Shown one piece after another: positions 10,608-20,574 of a DNA stretch of 64,000 nt (the stretch's first letter is position 1; every line of letters begins with the position of its first letter). A model generated the notes under the pieces. That model searched no databases, was not told the origin of the DNA, and worked only from the letters and a program-made list of their open reading frames with translations. Origin of the DNA: Terriglobia bacterium (GTDB lineage Bacteria; Acidobacteriota; Terriglobia; JAIQFV01); the NCBI GenBank assembly GCA_041494885.1, contig JBGQBO010000001.1, positions 158,101 to 222,100 on the forward strand, read 5' to 3'. The position numbers were made by a program, and so were the translations under genes.

Positions 10608-10928
10608 CTATTCTTTGGCATCCTCGGGAGATTGCATGCCCACGATCGCGCTCTTGAGCATGCGCACTTTCACCTGATCGGCCACGCGAAGCGACACTGT
10701 GCTGTCGTCCAGGCTGACAATGGTTCCGAACATCCCACCTGAAGTAACGACCTTATCGCCGGACTTGAGGCCTGTCAGCATTTCGCGGGTTTTCTTTTGA
10801 CGTCGCTGCGCGGGGAGAATAAGGAGGAAGTAGAAAATAAAGCCGATGGCTATCAGTGGAAGAAAACCAACTAGCGTGGAGCTGCCTCCTGACGCTTGGG
10901 CCAGTAAATTCAAGATCGCACTACTCAA
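10608..10928 (-). CDS. yajC: Preprotein translocase subunit YajC
   Basis: 106 aa; single TM followed by PAQRRQKK...GDKVVTSGG, typical YajC. Confidence 0.85.
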   Translation of the reverse strand: MSSAILNLLAQASGGSSTLVGFLPLIAIGFIFYFLLILPAQRRQKKTREMLTGLKSGDKVVTSGGMFGTIVSLDDSTVSLRVADQVKVRMLKSAIVGMQSPEDAKE

Positions 10929-11060
10929 TGGGCATTCCTCAACTCAGATGGGATTTGGGATTTCAAACAGGACTATTTCGGGTCGTGTGCGGGTTGTGCG
11001 CTTCGCAGCCAATCCCAGGGTGGAACCTTTCGACTCCCCCGAAACGGGAACAACGGAACC

Positions 11061-12206
11061 TCAAACCGATGTCCCTGATTGTCTCCACTCCGACAGGAAT
11101 TGCGTCGCGAACTCTGCGAAGCGAGAAGACGCAATAGATTGCCTGATTCGCCTCATAGTGTCAAGATAAAAGTAGATGTTATGGTAGGTGTTGAGGACTG
11201 CGGAAAGCACCTCATTCTGGTGATAGAGATGCCGCAAATAGGCGCGGGAATACCTCCTGCAAACAAAGCATTCACAACGCTCGTCGATCGGTATTTCGCT
11301 CCCCTTGTGAATTTCATTTTTGATGACGATATGCCCGCTGTGGGTGAACAGCCATCCATTCCGGGCATTCCGCGTGGGCAGGACACAATCGAACATATCC
11401 ATGCCCCGGCGGACCCCTTCAACCAAATCACCCGGGGTCCCGACTCCCATCAAGTATCGGGGCCGGTCCGCCGGCAATAGCGGCGCAGTGGTCTCGACCA
11501 GTTCAAGCATTTTTTCCTTTGATTCTCCAACGCTGAGCCCCCCGATGGCATATCCGGGGAACTCCTGGGCGAGCAAATGGTCAGCGCAATCTCTGCGCAA
11601 ATCGGGATAGACGCTGCCTTGCACAATCCCAAACAAGGCCTGGTGACCTCCGCCCTCCGGCAGCCGATGCTGGTCGAAGTAATTCCTGCATCGCTCGGCC
11701 CAACGCACTGTCCTCAACATCGATTGTTTCGCATGTTCATGAGAACAGGGAAAGGGAGTGCACTCATCGAAACACATGAGGATGTCCGCGCCGAGGTTCA
11801 TCTGAACTTCCACGGAACGTTCCGGCGAGAAAAAATGGGCTGAGCCGTCATAGTGAGACCGGAAGCGCACCCCCTCTTCAGTAATCTCCCGCAGATCGCT
11901 CATGGAAAAAACCTGAAATCCCCCGCTGTCGGTCAGCAAGGCTCGCGGCCAGGAGATAAACCGGTGAAGGCCGCCCATCTTGCGTATGAGCTCATCTCCG
12001 GGCCGCAAATATAAATGGTAGGTGTTGGCTAAAAAGATCGGGACATCCAGTTCTTCCAGTTGCTCCTGTGTAAGGGCTTTGACAGTCCCCGAGGTGCCCA
12101 CCGGCATGAACACGGGCGTGTCGATGTCGTGGTGCGCCGTGACCAGCTTCCCCAATCGTGCTGCGCCATCGGTGTGCACTATCTGAAACTGGAATGATGA
12201 ATTCAT
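11061..12206 (-). CDS. tgt: Queuine tRNA-ribosyltransferase
   Basis: 381 aa; TPVFMPVGT, LANTYHL, catalytic DLREI..., and a CxCxxC...H zinc site near the C-terminus (CECFVCRRYSRAYLRH). Confidence 0.9.
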   Translation of the reverse strand: MNSSFQFQIVHTDGAARLGKLVTAHHDIDTPVFMPVGTSGTVKALTQEQLEELDVPIFLANTYHLYLRPGDELIRKMGGLHRFISWPRALLTDSGGFQVFSMSDLREITEEGVRFRSHYDGSAHFFSPERSVEVQMNLGADILMCFDECTPFPCSHEHAKQSMLRTVRWAERCRNYFDQHRLPEGGGHQALFGIVQGSVYPDLRRDCADHLLAQEFPGYAIGGLSVGESKEKMLELVETTAPLLPADRPRYLMGVGTPGDLVEGVRRGMDMFDCVLPTRNARNGWLFTHSGHIVIKNEIHKGSEIPIDERCECFVCRRYSRAYLRHLYHQNEVLSAVLNTYHNIYFYLDTMRRIRQSIASSRFAEFATQFLSEWRQSGTSV

Positions 12207-12344
12207 TGGAGCATGAAGTTCGATGCAACCTCAAGGGAGGCCGGTCTCACCATCACCCCCCGGTACAGAAAAAAGCGCTCCGATCCGCCACGACGGATCC
12301 GGAGCGCTCCCTCGAGACGCCATAAAAATCAAGCTGGAACGGCT

Positions 12345-13082
12345 CTACTTCTTGATCGCCGCCCATCCGACCACACAGGCCACCACGATCGCCCAGATAA
12401 TGATGATGGTGGTGAGCGACTTCTTAAAGGTCAGGTTCTTCGAGACCCCGACCACGCCTATCGCCAGCACGATGAGGTACCAGAGGACGAAGAGATCAAT
12501 CGATTTCCCCAGGGCGTACAACGCCTTATTGCTGGGATCGATCAGGATCGAAAGATTGGATTGCACAATATCGGCGGGATTGCCAAATTCCGTGGGCTGT
12601 TTGACAAACAAGATGGGAATCGCGATGATCGACTTTAACAGGCTCGGCATGGACGCATAAGCGTTCATCGCAAACATCTTTTTGAACGTCGTCTCCGCCC
12701 CCATCATGAAACCAAAAATCGCGTAAAGCACCCCCGACACGACAACCAGGCTGAGTGGGACCACCACCACAACCACAACATAACTGAAGATCATGCTCAC
12801 CTTCAATCCAGATTGAAGGGCCTCATCGGGTGGCACGGGCCGCCCCGATTTCTCAATCTGGGCCTTGATCAGCTCGAGCATGTCCGCGTGTGAAAGAAAC
12901 ACATACGTGATGGCCAAGGCCACCAGCAAAATCAAGACCGCGGGCACAATCCAGTCCGGCTTGCGATTGATGTCTTCAAATGTAGCTTTCGGGGAGATGA
13001 ACACTCCAATGATTCGTTCCAAGGGGCTCTTGGTCGGTTCGGGTTGAACGGGTAATGCGCTGCCCGGCATTTCCTGACTCAT
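12345..13082 (-). CDS. Yip1-domain membrane protein
   Basis: 245 aa; polytopic membrane protein with N-terminal soluble segment, Yip1-like topology. Confidence 0.55.
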   Translation of the reverse strand: MSQEMPGSALPVQPEPTKSPLERIIGVFISPKATFEDINRKPDWIVPAVLILLVALAITYVFLSHADMLELIKAQIEKSGRPVPPDEALQSGLKVSMIFSYVVVVVVVPLSLVVVSGVLYAIFGFMMGAETTFKKMFAMNAYASMPSLLKSIIAIPILFVKQPTEFGNPADIVQSNLSILIDPSNKALYALGKSIDLFVLWYLIVLAIGVVGVSKNLTFKKSLTTIIIIWAIVVACVVGWAAIKK

Positions 13083-13121
13083 AAGACCTCTCCTTTTGAG
13101 AATTGGGATCCAATAGACTCT

Positions 13122-14138
13122 TCACTTAATGGGAAGTTGGCCGGCGTCTTTGAACTTGAAGCAAGCCGACCAGTGCGTTGCCGAGATTGCTTCCCGCGCA
13201 GGCTCAGCCGCCGCACACGCCTCATCGGCAATCGGGCAACGAGGATGAAATCGACAACCACTTGGAACCTTGACCGCGGAAGGAATCTCTCCCCGTAATA
13301 CGAGCCGATTTGATTTTGGTTTCGGATCGGGCTCCGGAACCGCCGAAAGAAGCGCCCGGGTGTAGGGATGAGCGCTATTAAAAAAGACCTCCCGGGTCGT
13401 GCCTTCCTCGACAATCTTGCCCAGATACATGACGGCGATCCGGTCGCACAGGTGCGCCACCACAGGAAGACTGTGAGAGATAAACAGGAAGGTGAGTTGA
13501 AACTGGTCTCTGAGATCAGCCAGCAGATTGATGATCTGTGCCTGGACGGAGACGTCAAGGGATGAAACCGGCTCGTCAGCAACAATGAACTTCGGCTTAA
13601 GCGCGATCGCGCGTGCAATGGCGATCCGCTGCCTTTGACCTCCACTGAATTCGTGGGGAAAACGGTCCAGCACATCCGGCTCAAATCCCACGGTCTCGAG
13701 CAACATTTTCAAGCGTTCTTCGATTTCCTTTTTCTTGCAGACGCCATGGACAATGAAAGGCTCAGCCAGAGTGGTCCGGATGCGAAGGCGCGGATTGAGT
13801 GATGAATAGGGGTCCTGGAAGATAATCTGCATGGAACGGCGTTTCCGGCGGAGGCTCTCACGATCGAGCGATAACAGATCGACGGAATCAAATATAACCC
13901 CTCCCGAGGTGGGCTCAATCAAACGCAATACGAGCCGTCCCGTGGTGGACTTGCCGCATCCGGATTCCCCCACCAAGCCAAAGACCTCTCCGTTCCCGAT
14001 GGAGAAGGTGATGTCGTCGACCGCATGGACAAACTCCTTCCCTCTTCCAAACAGGAGTCGCCGGCCCGATGGGAAGTACTTCTTCAGTTGATCGACTTGG
14101 AGCAAAACGTTATTTTCTGCCATCAAGGTAATAGCCAT
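13122..14138 (-). CDS. Oligopeptide/dipeptide ABC transporter ATP-binding protein (OppF/DppF-like)
   Basis: 338 aa; Walker A GESGCGKST, signature LSGGQRQR, Walker B FIVADEP, C-terminal oligopeptide-ABC extension. Confidence 0.85.
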   Translation of the reverse strand: MAITLMAENNVLLQVDQLKKYFPSGRRLLFGRGKEFVHAVDDITFSIGNGEVFGLVGESGCGKSTTGRLVLRLIEPTSGGVIFDSVDLLSLDRESLRRKRRSMQIIFQDPYSSLNPRLRIRTTLAEPFIVHGVCKKKEIEERLKMLLETVGFEPDVLDRFPHEFSGGQRQRIAIARAIALKPKFIVADEPVSSLDVSVQAQIINLLADLRDQFQLTFLFISHSLPVVAHLCDRIAVMYLGKIVEEGTTREVFFNSAHPYTRALLSAVPEPDPKPKSNRLVLRGEIPSAVKVPSGCRFHPRCPIADEACAAAEPAREAISATHWSACFKFKDAGQLPIK

Positions 14139-14202
14139 GAATTAGGCTGTTTGTTGCACGTTTACCTATGTTTTGATTCACGCAAAGCCGCCAGCCAGCC
14201 CC

Positions 14203-14278
14203 CTCTTTTTCCGGCCCCTGACACCCGACACCTGGCACCCTCTCTTCCGCACCCTGCCCGCCGACCACTGCCCATTTT
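14203..14278. repeat. REP-like intergenic repeat, copy 1 (core ACCCGACACCTGGCACC)
   Basis: About 75 nt with high similarity to 17978..18050; shared 18-nt core differing at 1 position (17/18) plus flanking similarity (cttttccggc ... cactgccca). Confidence 0.5.
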
Positions 14279-14279
14279 C

Positions 14280-15314
14280 CTACCGACACAGCACACACCG
14301 TGCCCAATGGTTCTCCCCGACGGGATAGAGGGGAGGATCAAAATCCTTACATTCCTCCAATCGAACCGTGCAGCGCGGCTCAAATTTACAGCCGCGTGGC
14401 AGCGCCAGCAGGTTCGGAACCGTTCCCGGAATCGCATCCAGCTTCCGCGTTGGCAGATCCCCCGGCCGGAATGTTGGGAGTGAGCGCAATAGCCCCTGTG
14501 TGTACGGGTGTCGTGGATTGGAAAAGATCTCGGAGACAGGGGCCTGTTCCACAATCTTTCCTGAATACATCACCGCCACCTCATCCGCCACCGCGGCGAT
14601 GACGCCTAAATCATGCGAGATGAAGAGCATTGATAGGGCGAATCGCTCGCGCATGGATTGAAGCAGTTCAAGGATCTGCGCCTGGACTGTGACGTCCAGC
14701 GCCGTCGTGGGCTCGTCGGCGATCAGGAGTTGAGGATGACACACCAGGGCCATTGCAATCATCACGCGCTGGCGCAGGCCCCCCGAGAGCTGGTGGGGAT
14801 ACTCCTTGGCGCGACGCGAAGCATCCGGTATAGAAACGGCCTCCATGACCTCGACCGCCTGATTCCATGCCTCCCGACGTCGCACTCGGGCATGGGCGCG
14901 GACGGTCTCAGCAATCTGCTCGCCAACGGTGAAGACCGGGTCCAGGGCGGTGGAGGGTTCTTGAAACACCATGGCGATTTCAGCCCCGCGAACCTTGCGC
15001 ATCTCGCGCTCCGGGATCGAAAGAAGCTCCACCGCCGGTGAGGGCGGATTCTCCGGGGATTTGGGGGGATTGGAATTTCCACTCAGCCTTCGGGAATGAA
15101 AGAGAATTCTGCCTCCCTCAATGCGCGCCGGCGGCTGCAGCAACCGCAAAATGGAGAGAGCGGTCACGGTCTTGCCGCACCCGGATTCTCCAACCAGTCC
15201 GAGTGTCCGCCGGGCAGGGATTGCAAAAGAAACGTCATCAACCGCCCGCACCGTCCCTTCCGCGGTGTCAAACACCGAACGCAGATTTTCTACGGTGAGA
15301 AGGTCGGAATTCAT
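14280..15314 (-). CDS. Oligopeptide/dipeptide ABC transporter ATP-binding protein (OppD/DppD-like)
   Basis: 344 aa; Walker A GESGCGKT, LSGGLRQR, Walker B LLIADEPTTALD. Confidence 0.85.
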   Translation of the reverse strand: MNSDLLTVENLRSVFDTAEGTVRAVDDVSFAIPARRTLGLVGESGCGKTVTALSILRLLQPPARIEGGRILFHSRRLSGNSNPPKSPENPPSPAVELLSIPEREMRKVRGAEIAMVFQEPSTALDPVFTVGEQIAETVRAHARVRRREAWNQAVEVMEAVSIPDASRRAKEYPHQLSGGLRQRVMIAMALVCHPQLLIADEPTTALDVTVQAQILELLQSMRERFALSMLFISHDLGVIAAVADEVAVMYSGKIVEQAPVSEIFSNPRHPYTQGLLRSLPTFRPGDLPTRKLDAIPGTVPNLLALPRGCKFEPRCTVRLEECKDFDPPLYPVGENHWARCVLCR

Positions 15315-15661
15315 GCGGATGTTGGAAGTATCCTGGCGCCCCTCAGAGCGCAGGAGGCACGCGCTATCTTATCGCGAAAAAGAAGGCCTGCAAGTGAAAT
15401 CTCAACCCATGAAGGGCCCCTCTCGTCAAGGGATGCCGCGTTTGACGACAGGAGCCACGCTTGAATTTCTTGCTTTCCTGGCGTAAAGCTCTTTCCATTG
15501 ACGGCATCCAATGAACCGTCTTAAGGCTATACGGGCGGGCCCTCACAATAATTTCTTACTTCGGGAAGGGGGGAGCTCCTTCTAGGCCTCTCGCAGTTTT
15601 TCTGTTTTGAGGAGTGAATATTTGGTAGAATCGCGTTTCTCTTGAGAAAGAAGATAAGGAA

Positions 15662-16213
15662 ATGCCAATACTAACCACACTGGAAAAAAACGTCGTCACC
15701 GGAGCAAACCCTTTTTCCGAGCACAACACGGAATTTGGTGCCGGGGTGGTCACCACCACGTTCGACAAGGTGGTCAATTGGGCCCGGAAGTCTTCCATTT
15801 GGCCCATGACTTTTGGCCTGGCATGTTGTGCCATTGAAATGATGGCCATGGGGGCGTCCCGATATGACATCGCGCGCTTTGGAGCGGAGGTGTTTCGCGG
15901 ATCACCTCGCCAGTCGGACTTGATGATTGTGGCCGGTCGAGTTTCCAAGAAAATGGCACCGATTGTGCGCCAGCTGTATGATCAAATGCCGGAACCCAAG
16001 TGGGTCATTTCCATGGGGGTGTGCGCCACGGCGGGCGGCATCTTCAACAACTACGCCATCGTGCAAGGCGTCAATCAAGTCGTCCCGGTGGATGTGTATA
16101 TCCCCGGCTGTCCTCCCCGGCCGGAACAGCTTATTTATGGGATCATGAAGCTTCAAGAGAAAATCGATCGGCAGCGCGGCAGCTTCAAGGACGTCCTTCC
16201 GTTCAGCCGTTGA
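15662..16213 (+). CDS. nuoB: NADH-quinone oxidoreductase subunit B (NuoB, 20-kDa N2 Fe-S subunit)
   Basis: 183 aa; [27 protein letters not shown] cluster-N2 cysteine motifs; no other nuo genes nearby. Confidence 0.85.
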   Translation: MPILTTLEKNVVTGANPFSEHNTEFGAGVVTTTFDKVVNWARKSSIWPMTFGLACCAIEMMAMGASRYDIARFGAEVFRGSPRQSDLMIVAGRVSKKMAPIVRQLYDQMPEPKWVISMGVCATAGGIFNNYAIVQGVNQVVPVDVYIPGCPPRPEQLIYGIMKLQEKIDRQRGSFKDVLPFSR

Positions 16214-16477
16214 GCCTCAGTACAGAGCGGATCTGCAATTTAGTTTTTCGATCGGCGGAACTTTCCGGATGTGATCGTCGAGAACGGGTTTCAAGAGGTT
16301 GTGACCCGGATCGGCTGGTTCAATCATCGGTTTCCTACACCTTGACGACCGCTTCCTGAGCTATTCTCTTCCCCCTCATCTGCGTGGGATCCCCGTTGAC
16401 CCACTCCCCTCTGGTATAATCCATCCGCGTTTTCAGACTAACCTTCAAACTCAATTCAGGACCAAGGGAGGATTCCC

Positions 16478-16915
16478 ATGTTATCACCCGGAGAGCAGGC
16501 GCCCGATTTCAAGGTGAAGACCCATGAAGGAAATGAAGTTTCGCTGAGCCAATTTGGAGGGAGTAAAGTTGTCCTATGGTTTTACCCAAAGGCAGACACC
16601 CCCGGCTGAACCAACGAAGGCAAAGGATTCCGTGATCGAATCCGAGAGTATGAGGCGAAAAACACAAAGATCCTTGGCATCAGTTTTGACACCGTCGAAG
16701 AAAATGCGGCTTTTGCGAAGAAGTTTCAATTTCCATTCCCCCTGTTGTGCGATACGGACAGGAAAATAGGATTGGCTTACGGGGCGTGCGAATCGGCCCA
16801 CGATGAATATGCCAAGCGCATCACTTATGTGATCGGCGAGAATGGAAAGATCCTCCAGGCCTATCCCAAAGTCGATGCCGCACGCCATCCGAACGAGCTG
16901 CTGGAGAAGCTGTAG
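16478..16915 (+). CDS. bcp: Selenocysteine-containing peroxiredoxin (Bcp/PrxQ-like); in-frame TGA at 16607..16609 read as Sec
   Basis: ATG 16478 with AGGGAGGA Shine-Dalgarno. 43 codons (…VVLWFYPKADTPG), then TGA, then 101 in-frame codons (TNEGKGFRD…ISFDT…LLCDTD…). This aligns residue-for-residue with E. coli Bcp ([23 protein letters not shown]) with the TGA at the peroxidatic Cys. The two halves appear only as sub-threshold ORFs in the track. Confidence 0.7.
16625..16643 (+). promoter_or_regulatory. Putative bacterial SECIS hairpin for the Sec-Bcp UGA
   Basis: GGAUUC-CGUGAUC-GAAUCC: 6-bp stem with a 7-nt loop containing GU, starting 15 nt 3' of the UGA, inside the reading frame. Confidence 0.45.
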
Positions 16916-17059
16916 GAGCGCACCCATCGACGCAGCCCATTTCCGTCGGCAACGTCAGCAGGGCCTTTGTGCCTTTCCGTCTTCGGGTGAAATCGATGTA
17001 CCGATCCGGCGAGAAGTTACCGGCCCGGACCGCGGCTTGGGGGACAGAAAATTCAAGAG

Positions 17060-17905
17060 TCAGTAGAACACCTTTTCGAGGAACAAACCAAACGGAGGGG
17101 CTGTCCACTCAGCCGGCTTGGGAGAGGGTTTATAGAAAAACGAACCAAATTCATCCCGAGTACAATGGCCCGCGCTTAATTCCACCATGCTCCCCACCAG
17201 GCGCCGGACCATCTTCCACAGGAATCGGTCCGCACGGATGTGAAAGGTCAACAGCTCGGCATAGCAGGGCCGCGTAATACGAATCTGCCGCCACTCGCAT
17301 TCATCCACCGTACATTGAAAGGAGCGCTCTTCCTCCTCATCCGGATCACAAAAAGACCGGAAGCTATGTCTTCCCACGACGAGCTTCGCAGCCTCCTGGA
17401 GCACAGGCAGTTTGATCTCGCGCCTCGGACACCAGGCATGACGCCGCAAGAAGGGGGTGTACGATTCAACCAGTTGATAGCGGTAACTGCGGGACCGTGC
17501 GTCATGGCGTGAATGAAAATTCAGGGGGACAAACGAGGCTTGGGTTACTGTGAGGTCAGCAGGAAGGCCGCTGTTGAGTTCCTGCATGATCTTCCCTGCG
17601 GACCACAGGCGCGGATCATTGGCATGGTCCCCGGCATGAAAAGCTGTGTTTAAAAGGGGGATGTCACGGCTCCGGGAGGCGGACCTTTCAACCGGAGGAT
17701 CCCCGTGAAGGACTGCATTCACGACCTGGGCCTCGGCATGGACGCCCCGATCGGTGCGGCCCGCCGCGATGATCCTTGGCTTTTCCCGCAGGACGTCGAT
17801 CATCGCCGTCAGTAGCTGACCCTGGACGGTGCGCACGTCCTTTTGAATCTGCCAGCCGGAAAATCGCGTGCCTTCGTATGCTAGCGTGAGCTTCAGGTTT
17901 CTCAT
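17060..17905 (-). CDS. truA: tRNA pseudouridine(38-40) synthase TruA
   Basis: 281 aa; LAYEGTRFSGWQ...GRTDRGVHA catalytic Asp motif. Confidence 0.9.
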   Translation of the reverse strand: MRNLKLTLAYEGTRFSGWQIQKDVRTVQGQLLTAMIDVLREKPRIIAAGRTDRGVHAEAQVVNAVLHGDPPVERSASRSRDIPLLNTAFHAGDHANDPRLWSAGKIMQELNSGLPADLTVTQASFVPLNFHSRHDARSRSYRYQLVESYTPFLRRHAWCPRREIKLPVLQEAAKLVVGRHSFRSFCDPDEEEERSFQCTVDECEWRQIRITRPCYAELLTFHIRADRFLWKMVRRLVGSMVELSAGHCTRDEFGSFFYKPSPKPAEWTAPPFGLFLEKVFY

Positions 17906-17977
17906 TTCAATGGTTACCGACAGTCTTCATTGATGCTGATTTGTGAAGGGGGCACGTCTATAGGTTACCTTGCATCT

Positions 17978-18050
17978 CTATTCCTGCTTTTCCCCGGCAC
18001 CCGACACCTGGCGCCTTCCACACTTCCCACTGCGCACTGCCCACAGCTCA
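17978..18050. repeat. REP-like intergenic repeat, copy 2 (core ACCCGACACCTGGCGCC)
   Basis: Matches 14203..14278 (see copy 1). Confidence 0.5.
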
Positions 18051-18452
18051 CTCCTCTTTCAACACCGCCCACGTCGCACCCCACCCTCCCGCTTCCGGCC
18101 TCGCATCTCTGAACGACACAACCTGCGGATGGTTCGAAAGGACTGATCGGACAATTTCGCGCTGCACTCCAATTCCACGTCCGTGAATGATCCGAACCGT
18201 ATGAATGCCCTTCTCGTGAGCCTCTCGGAGATATTCTTCAAGGACGACCTTTATATCTCTGGGTGAAAAAGCATGCAGATCGATCGAATCTTCGATAGGA
18301 ATGGCGACGGGGGCTCCGGAGGGGAAGGCCTCCTCATGATTTCGGAGCTTGGCATTCTGGCCTCCGGCCTCAGGCTTCCGACCTCTGACCTCTGACTTTT
18401 GACTTCCCTCTTCAGAGGATGGAGAACTTTGCGATCCGGGCTTCCTTTCCAA
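18048..18452 (-). CDS. Smr-domain protein
   Basis: 134 aa; C-terminal IDLHAF...TVRIIHGRGIG...VLSNHPQVVSF is a Smr (MutS2 C-terminal-like) domain. Confidence 0.6.
   Translation of the reverse strand: MERKPGSQSSPSSEEGSQKSEVRGRKPEAGGQNAKLRNHEEAFPSGAPVAIPIEDSIDLHAFSPRDIKVVLEEYLREAHEKGIHTVRIIHGRGIGVQREIVRSVLSNHPQVVSFRDARPEAGGWGATWAVLKEE
18352..18420. repeat. Partial copy of the TCTGAC(C/T)T tandem-repeat element (lies inside the 3' part of the Smr-domain ORF)
   Basis: ccgacctctgacctctgacttttgacttcc resembles the tandem heptamer blocks at 27990..28060 and, inverted, 24900..24990. Confidence 0.35.
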
Positions 18453-18461
18453 AAGTGCTCC

Positions 18462-20060
18462 TTAGATCACGATGGCTTCCTGGTATTCACCGAACACCCG
18501 TCGCATGGCGTCCGAGATTTCCCCCACGGTGGCATACGCCTCCACTGCACTGAGGATGGGCGGCAAGAGGTTCTCTTTGGGATCCCCTGCGGTCGCTTCG
18601 ATTAGCTTCAGTGCACTTTGAGTCTTAGCTGTGTCCCGCTCCGCTCTCAAGGCAGCGAGGCTTTTCTTCTGCTGCTCTTCCAAGGCGGGGTCAATTCGTA
18701 AGATGGGAATGGGCTTTTCGTGTTCCGAAACAAAAGCGTTGACGCCCGTTACAATCTGGTCCTTGGATTCGATAGCGCGTTGATATTGGTAGGCCGACTC
18801 CTGAATCTCCTTCTGGACGAATCCCGATTCAATGGCCTGGAGCATCCCTCCCATCTGTTCGATCCGTTCGATGTACTCTTCCGCGCGCCGTTCGATCTCG
18901 TTGGTCATCGACTCGATGAAATAAGAGCCGCCGAGTGGATCCACGACATCAGCGACACCGCTTTCCTGGGCGATGACCTGCTGGGTGCGGAGGGCGAGCA
19001 GTGCGGATTCTTCCGTGGGGAGGGCCAGTGCCTCGTCGCGCGAGTTGGTGTGCAGTGACTGCGTGCCCCCGAGCACGGCGGCCAACGCCTGCAGGGCCAC
19101 GCGGATGACGTTGACCTCGGGCTGCTGGGCGGTCAGGGTCGCCCCCGACGTTTGGGAGTGAAATCGCAGCATCCAGGATTTCGGCTTGCTCGCCCGAAAA
19201 CGGTCACGCATGATCCTCGCCCACATCCGACGTGCGGCCCTGAACTTTGCCACTTCCTCCAGGATATTGTTGTGCGCGTTAAAGAAAAAAGATAGCCGGG
19301 GAGCAAACAGGTCCACATCCAGGCCCGCCTCGATCGCCGCCTTCACATAAGTGATTCCGTTCATCAGCGTGAAGGCCACCTCCTGGACAGCGGAGGAGCC
19401 GGCTTCGCGGATATGATATCCGCTGATTGAAATCGTGTTCCATTCCGGCAGGTGCTTGGCGCAATACTCGAAGATATTGGCAACGATGCGAAGGGAATGC
19501 CTGGGGGGATAGATATAGGTCCCGCGCGCTATATATTCCTTCAAGATATCATTCTGCACCGTGCCCGAAAGCTTTGCCGGCGCCACCCCTTGTTTCTTTC
19601 CCACTGCAACGTACAGCGCCAACAGGATCGCGGCAGTGGAGTTGATGGTCATAGAGGTTGAAACCTTGTCGAGCGGGATGCCATCGAACAAGGTCTCCAT
19701 GTCTCGCAGTGAATCGATCGCCACTCCCACCTTCCCGACTTCCCCCGATGCCAGCGGATGATCGGAATCGAGTCCGATCTGGGTGGGAAGATCGAATGCC
19801 ACTGATAAGCCCATTTGTCCCTGTGAAAGGAGAAACTTGTACCGGCGGTTCGATTCGGCTGCTGAACCAAACCCGGCATACTGGCGCATGGTCCAGAAAC
19901 GCCCCCGGTACATGTTGGGTTGAATACCCCGAGTGAAGGGAAGCTCGCCCGGCTGACCCAGCGAGGGCCCGGCCTCGAATCCGGACAGGTCTTCCGCGGA
20001 GTAAAAGCGTTTCAACTCGATGTGCGAAGTCGTCTCGAATTTTGGTTTACGCTCAGGCAT
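18462..20060 (-). CDS. Methylmalonyl-CoA mutase family protein, large-subunit N-terminal (substrate-binding) domain
   Basis: 532 aa; [24 protein letters not shown]..., [11 protein letters not shown], strongly conserved across acyl-CoA mutases; no B12-binding domain in this ORF. Confidence 0.85.
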   Translation of the reverse strand: MPERKPKFETTSHIELKRFYSAEDLSGFEAGPSLGQPGELPFTRGIQPNMYRGRFWTMRQYAGFGSAAESNRRYKFLLSQGQMGLSVAFDLPTQIGLDSDHPLASGEVGKVGVAIDSLRDMETLFDGIPLDKVSTSMTINSTAAILLALYVAVGKKQGVAPAKLSGTVQNDILKEYIARGTYIYPPRHSLRIVANIFEYCAKHLPEWNTISISGYHIREAGSSAVQEVAFTLMNGITYVKAAIEAGLDVDLFAPRLSFFFNAHNNILEEVAKFRAARRMWARIMRDRFRASKPKSWMLRFHSQTSGATLTAQQPEVNVIRVALQALAAVLGGTQSLHTNSRDEALALPTEESALLALRTQQVIAQESGVADVVDPLGGSYFIESMTNEIERRAEEYIERIEQMGGMLQAIESGFVQKEIQESAYQYQRAIESKDQIVTGVNAFVSEHEKPIPILRIDPALEEQQKKSLAALRAERDTAKTQSALKLIEATAGDPKENLLPPILSAVEAYATVGEISDAMRRVFGEYQEAIVI

Positions 20061-20154
20061 GGCTAATCCCCGGTTCAGATAAGAAAACGTCGAACCAATA
20101 CACTGAATGGAATGCCCTGCTGGACCGTCGCAGCGCCCTGCGGTGAGCGGCTGC

Positions 20155-20484
20155 TTACTGCTTCTTTCTCACGGCGCGAGCCCGCAAGAGCGAGGTCACC
20201 GCGAAGGTCAGCAAGAGGACGGCAAATCCCGCAGAGGTGTAGAACCGAATACCGGATGAAGCGATTTCCGGGGTGTAATCTTTATATTCCTTCCACGCCG
20301 CGAAGGCGGCGCTCAGCCCCAGCATGAAAAAAAAGAGGCTCATGAACTGATGAAAAATGACCTTGAGCGATCGGATGAACCCGGCAAAGGAATGCTTTAA
20401 TATCCTCCAAATCATCTCGCGTATGTTAGGGAGAAAGCAGAGGGATGTCAAATGAGCATATCTGAGAACCGAGCCCCGCGACAA
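20155..20484 (-). CDS. Hypothetical small membrane protein
   Basis: 109 aa, two predicted TM segments; no recognisable motif. Confidence 0.3.
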   Translation of the reverse strand: MSRGSVLRYAHLTSLCFLPNIREMIWRILKHSFAGFIRSLKVIFHQFMSLFFFMLGLSAAFAAWKEYKDYTPEIASSGIRFYTSAGFAVLLLTFAVTSLLRARAVRKKQ

Positions 20485-20574
20485 GTCTGAGCGAGGTTTC
20501 CAGATACTTGGAAGCAGACTTTAAATCTTGGTGAGATCGAGGAGGATGGCTCCTGGGTTGTCTGACGACAGGGC

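Noticed and set aside
16554-16769. 71-aa ORF in the Sec-Bcp region
   Set aside because: Alternative frame (TTG start) of the Bcp gene. The +2 frame gives a full-length Prx alignment when the TGA is read as Sec.
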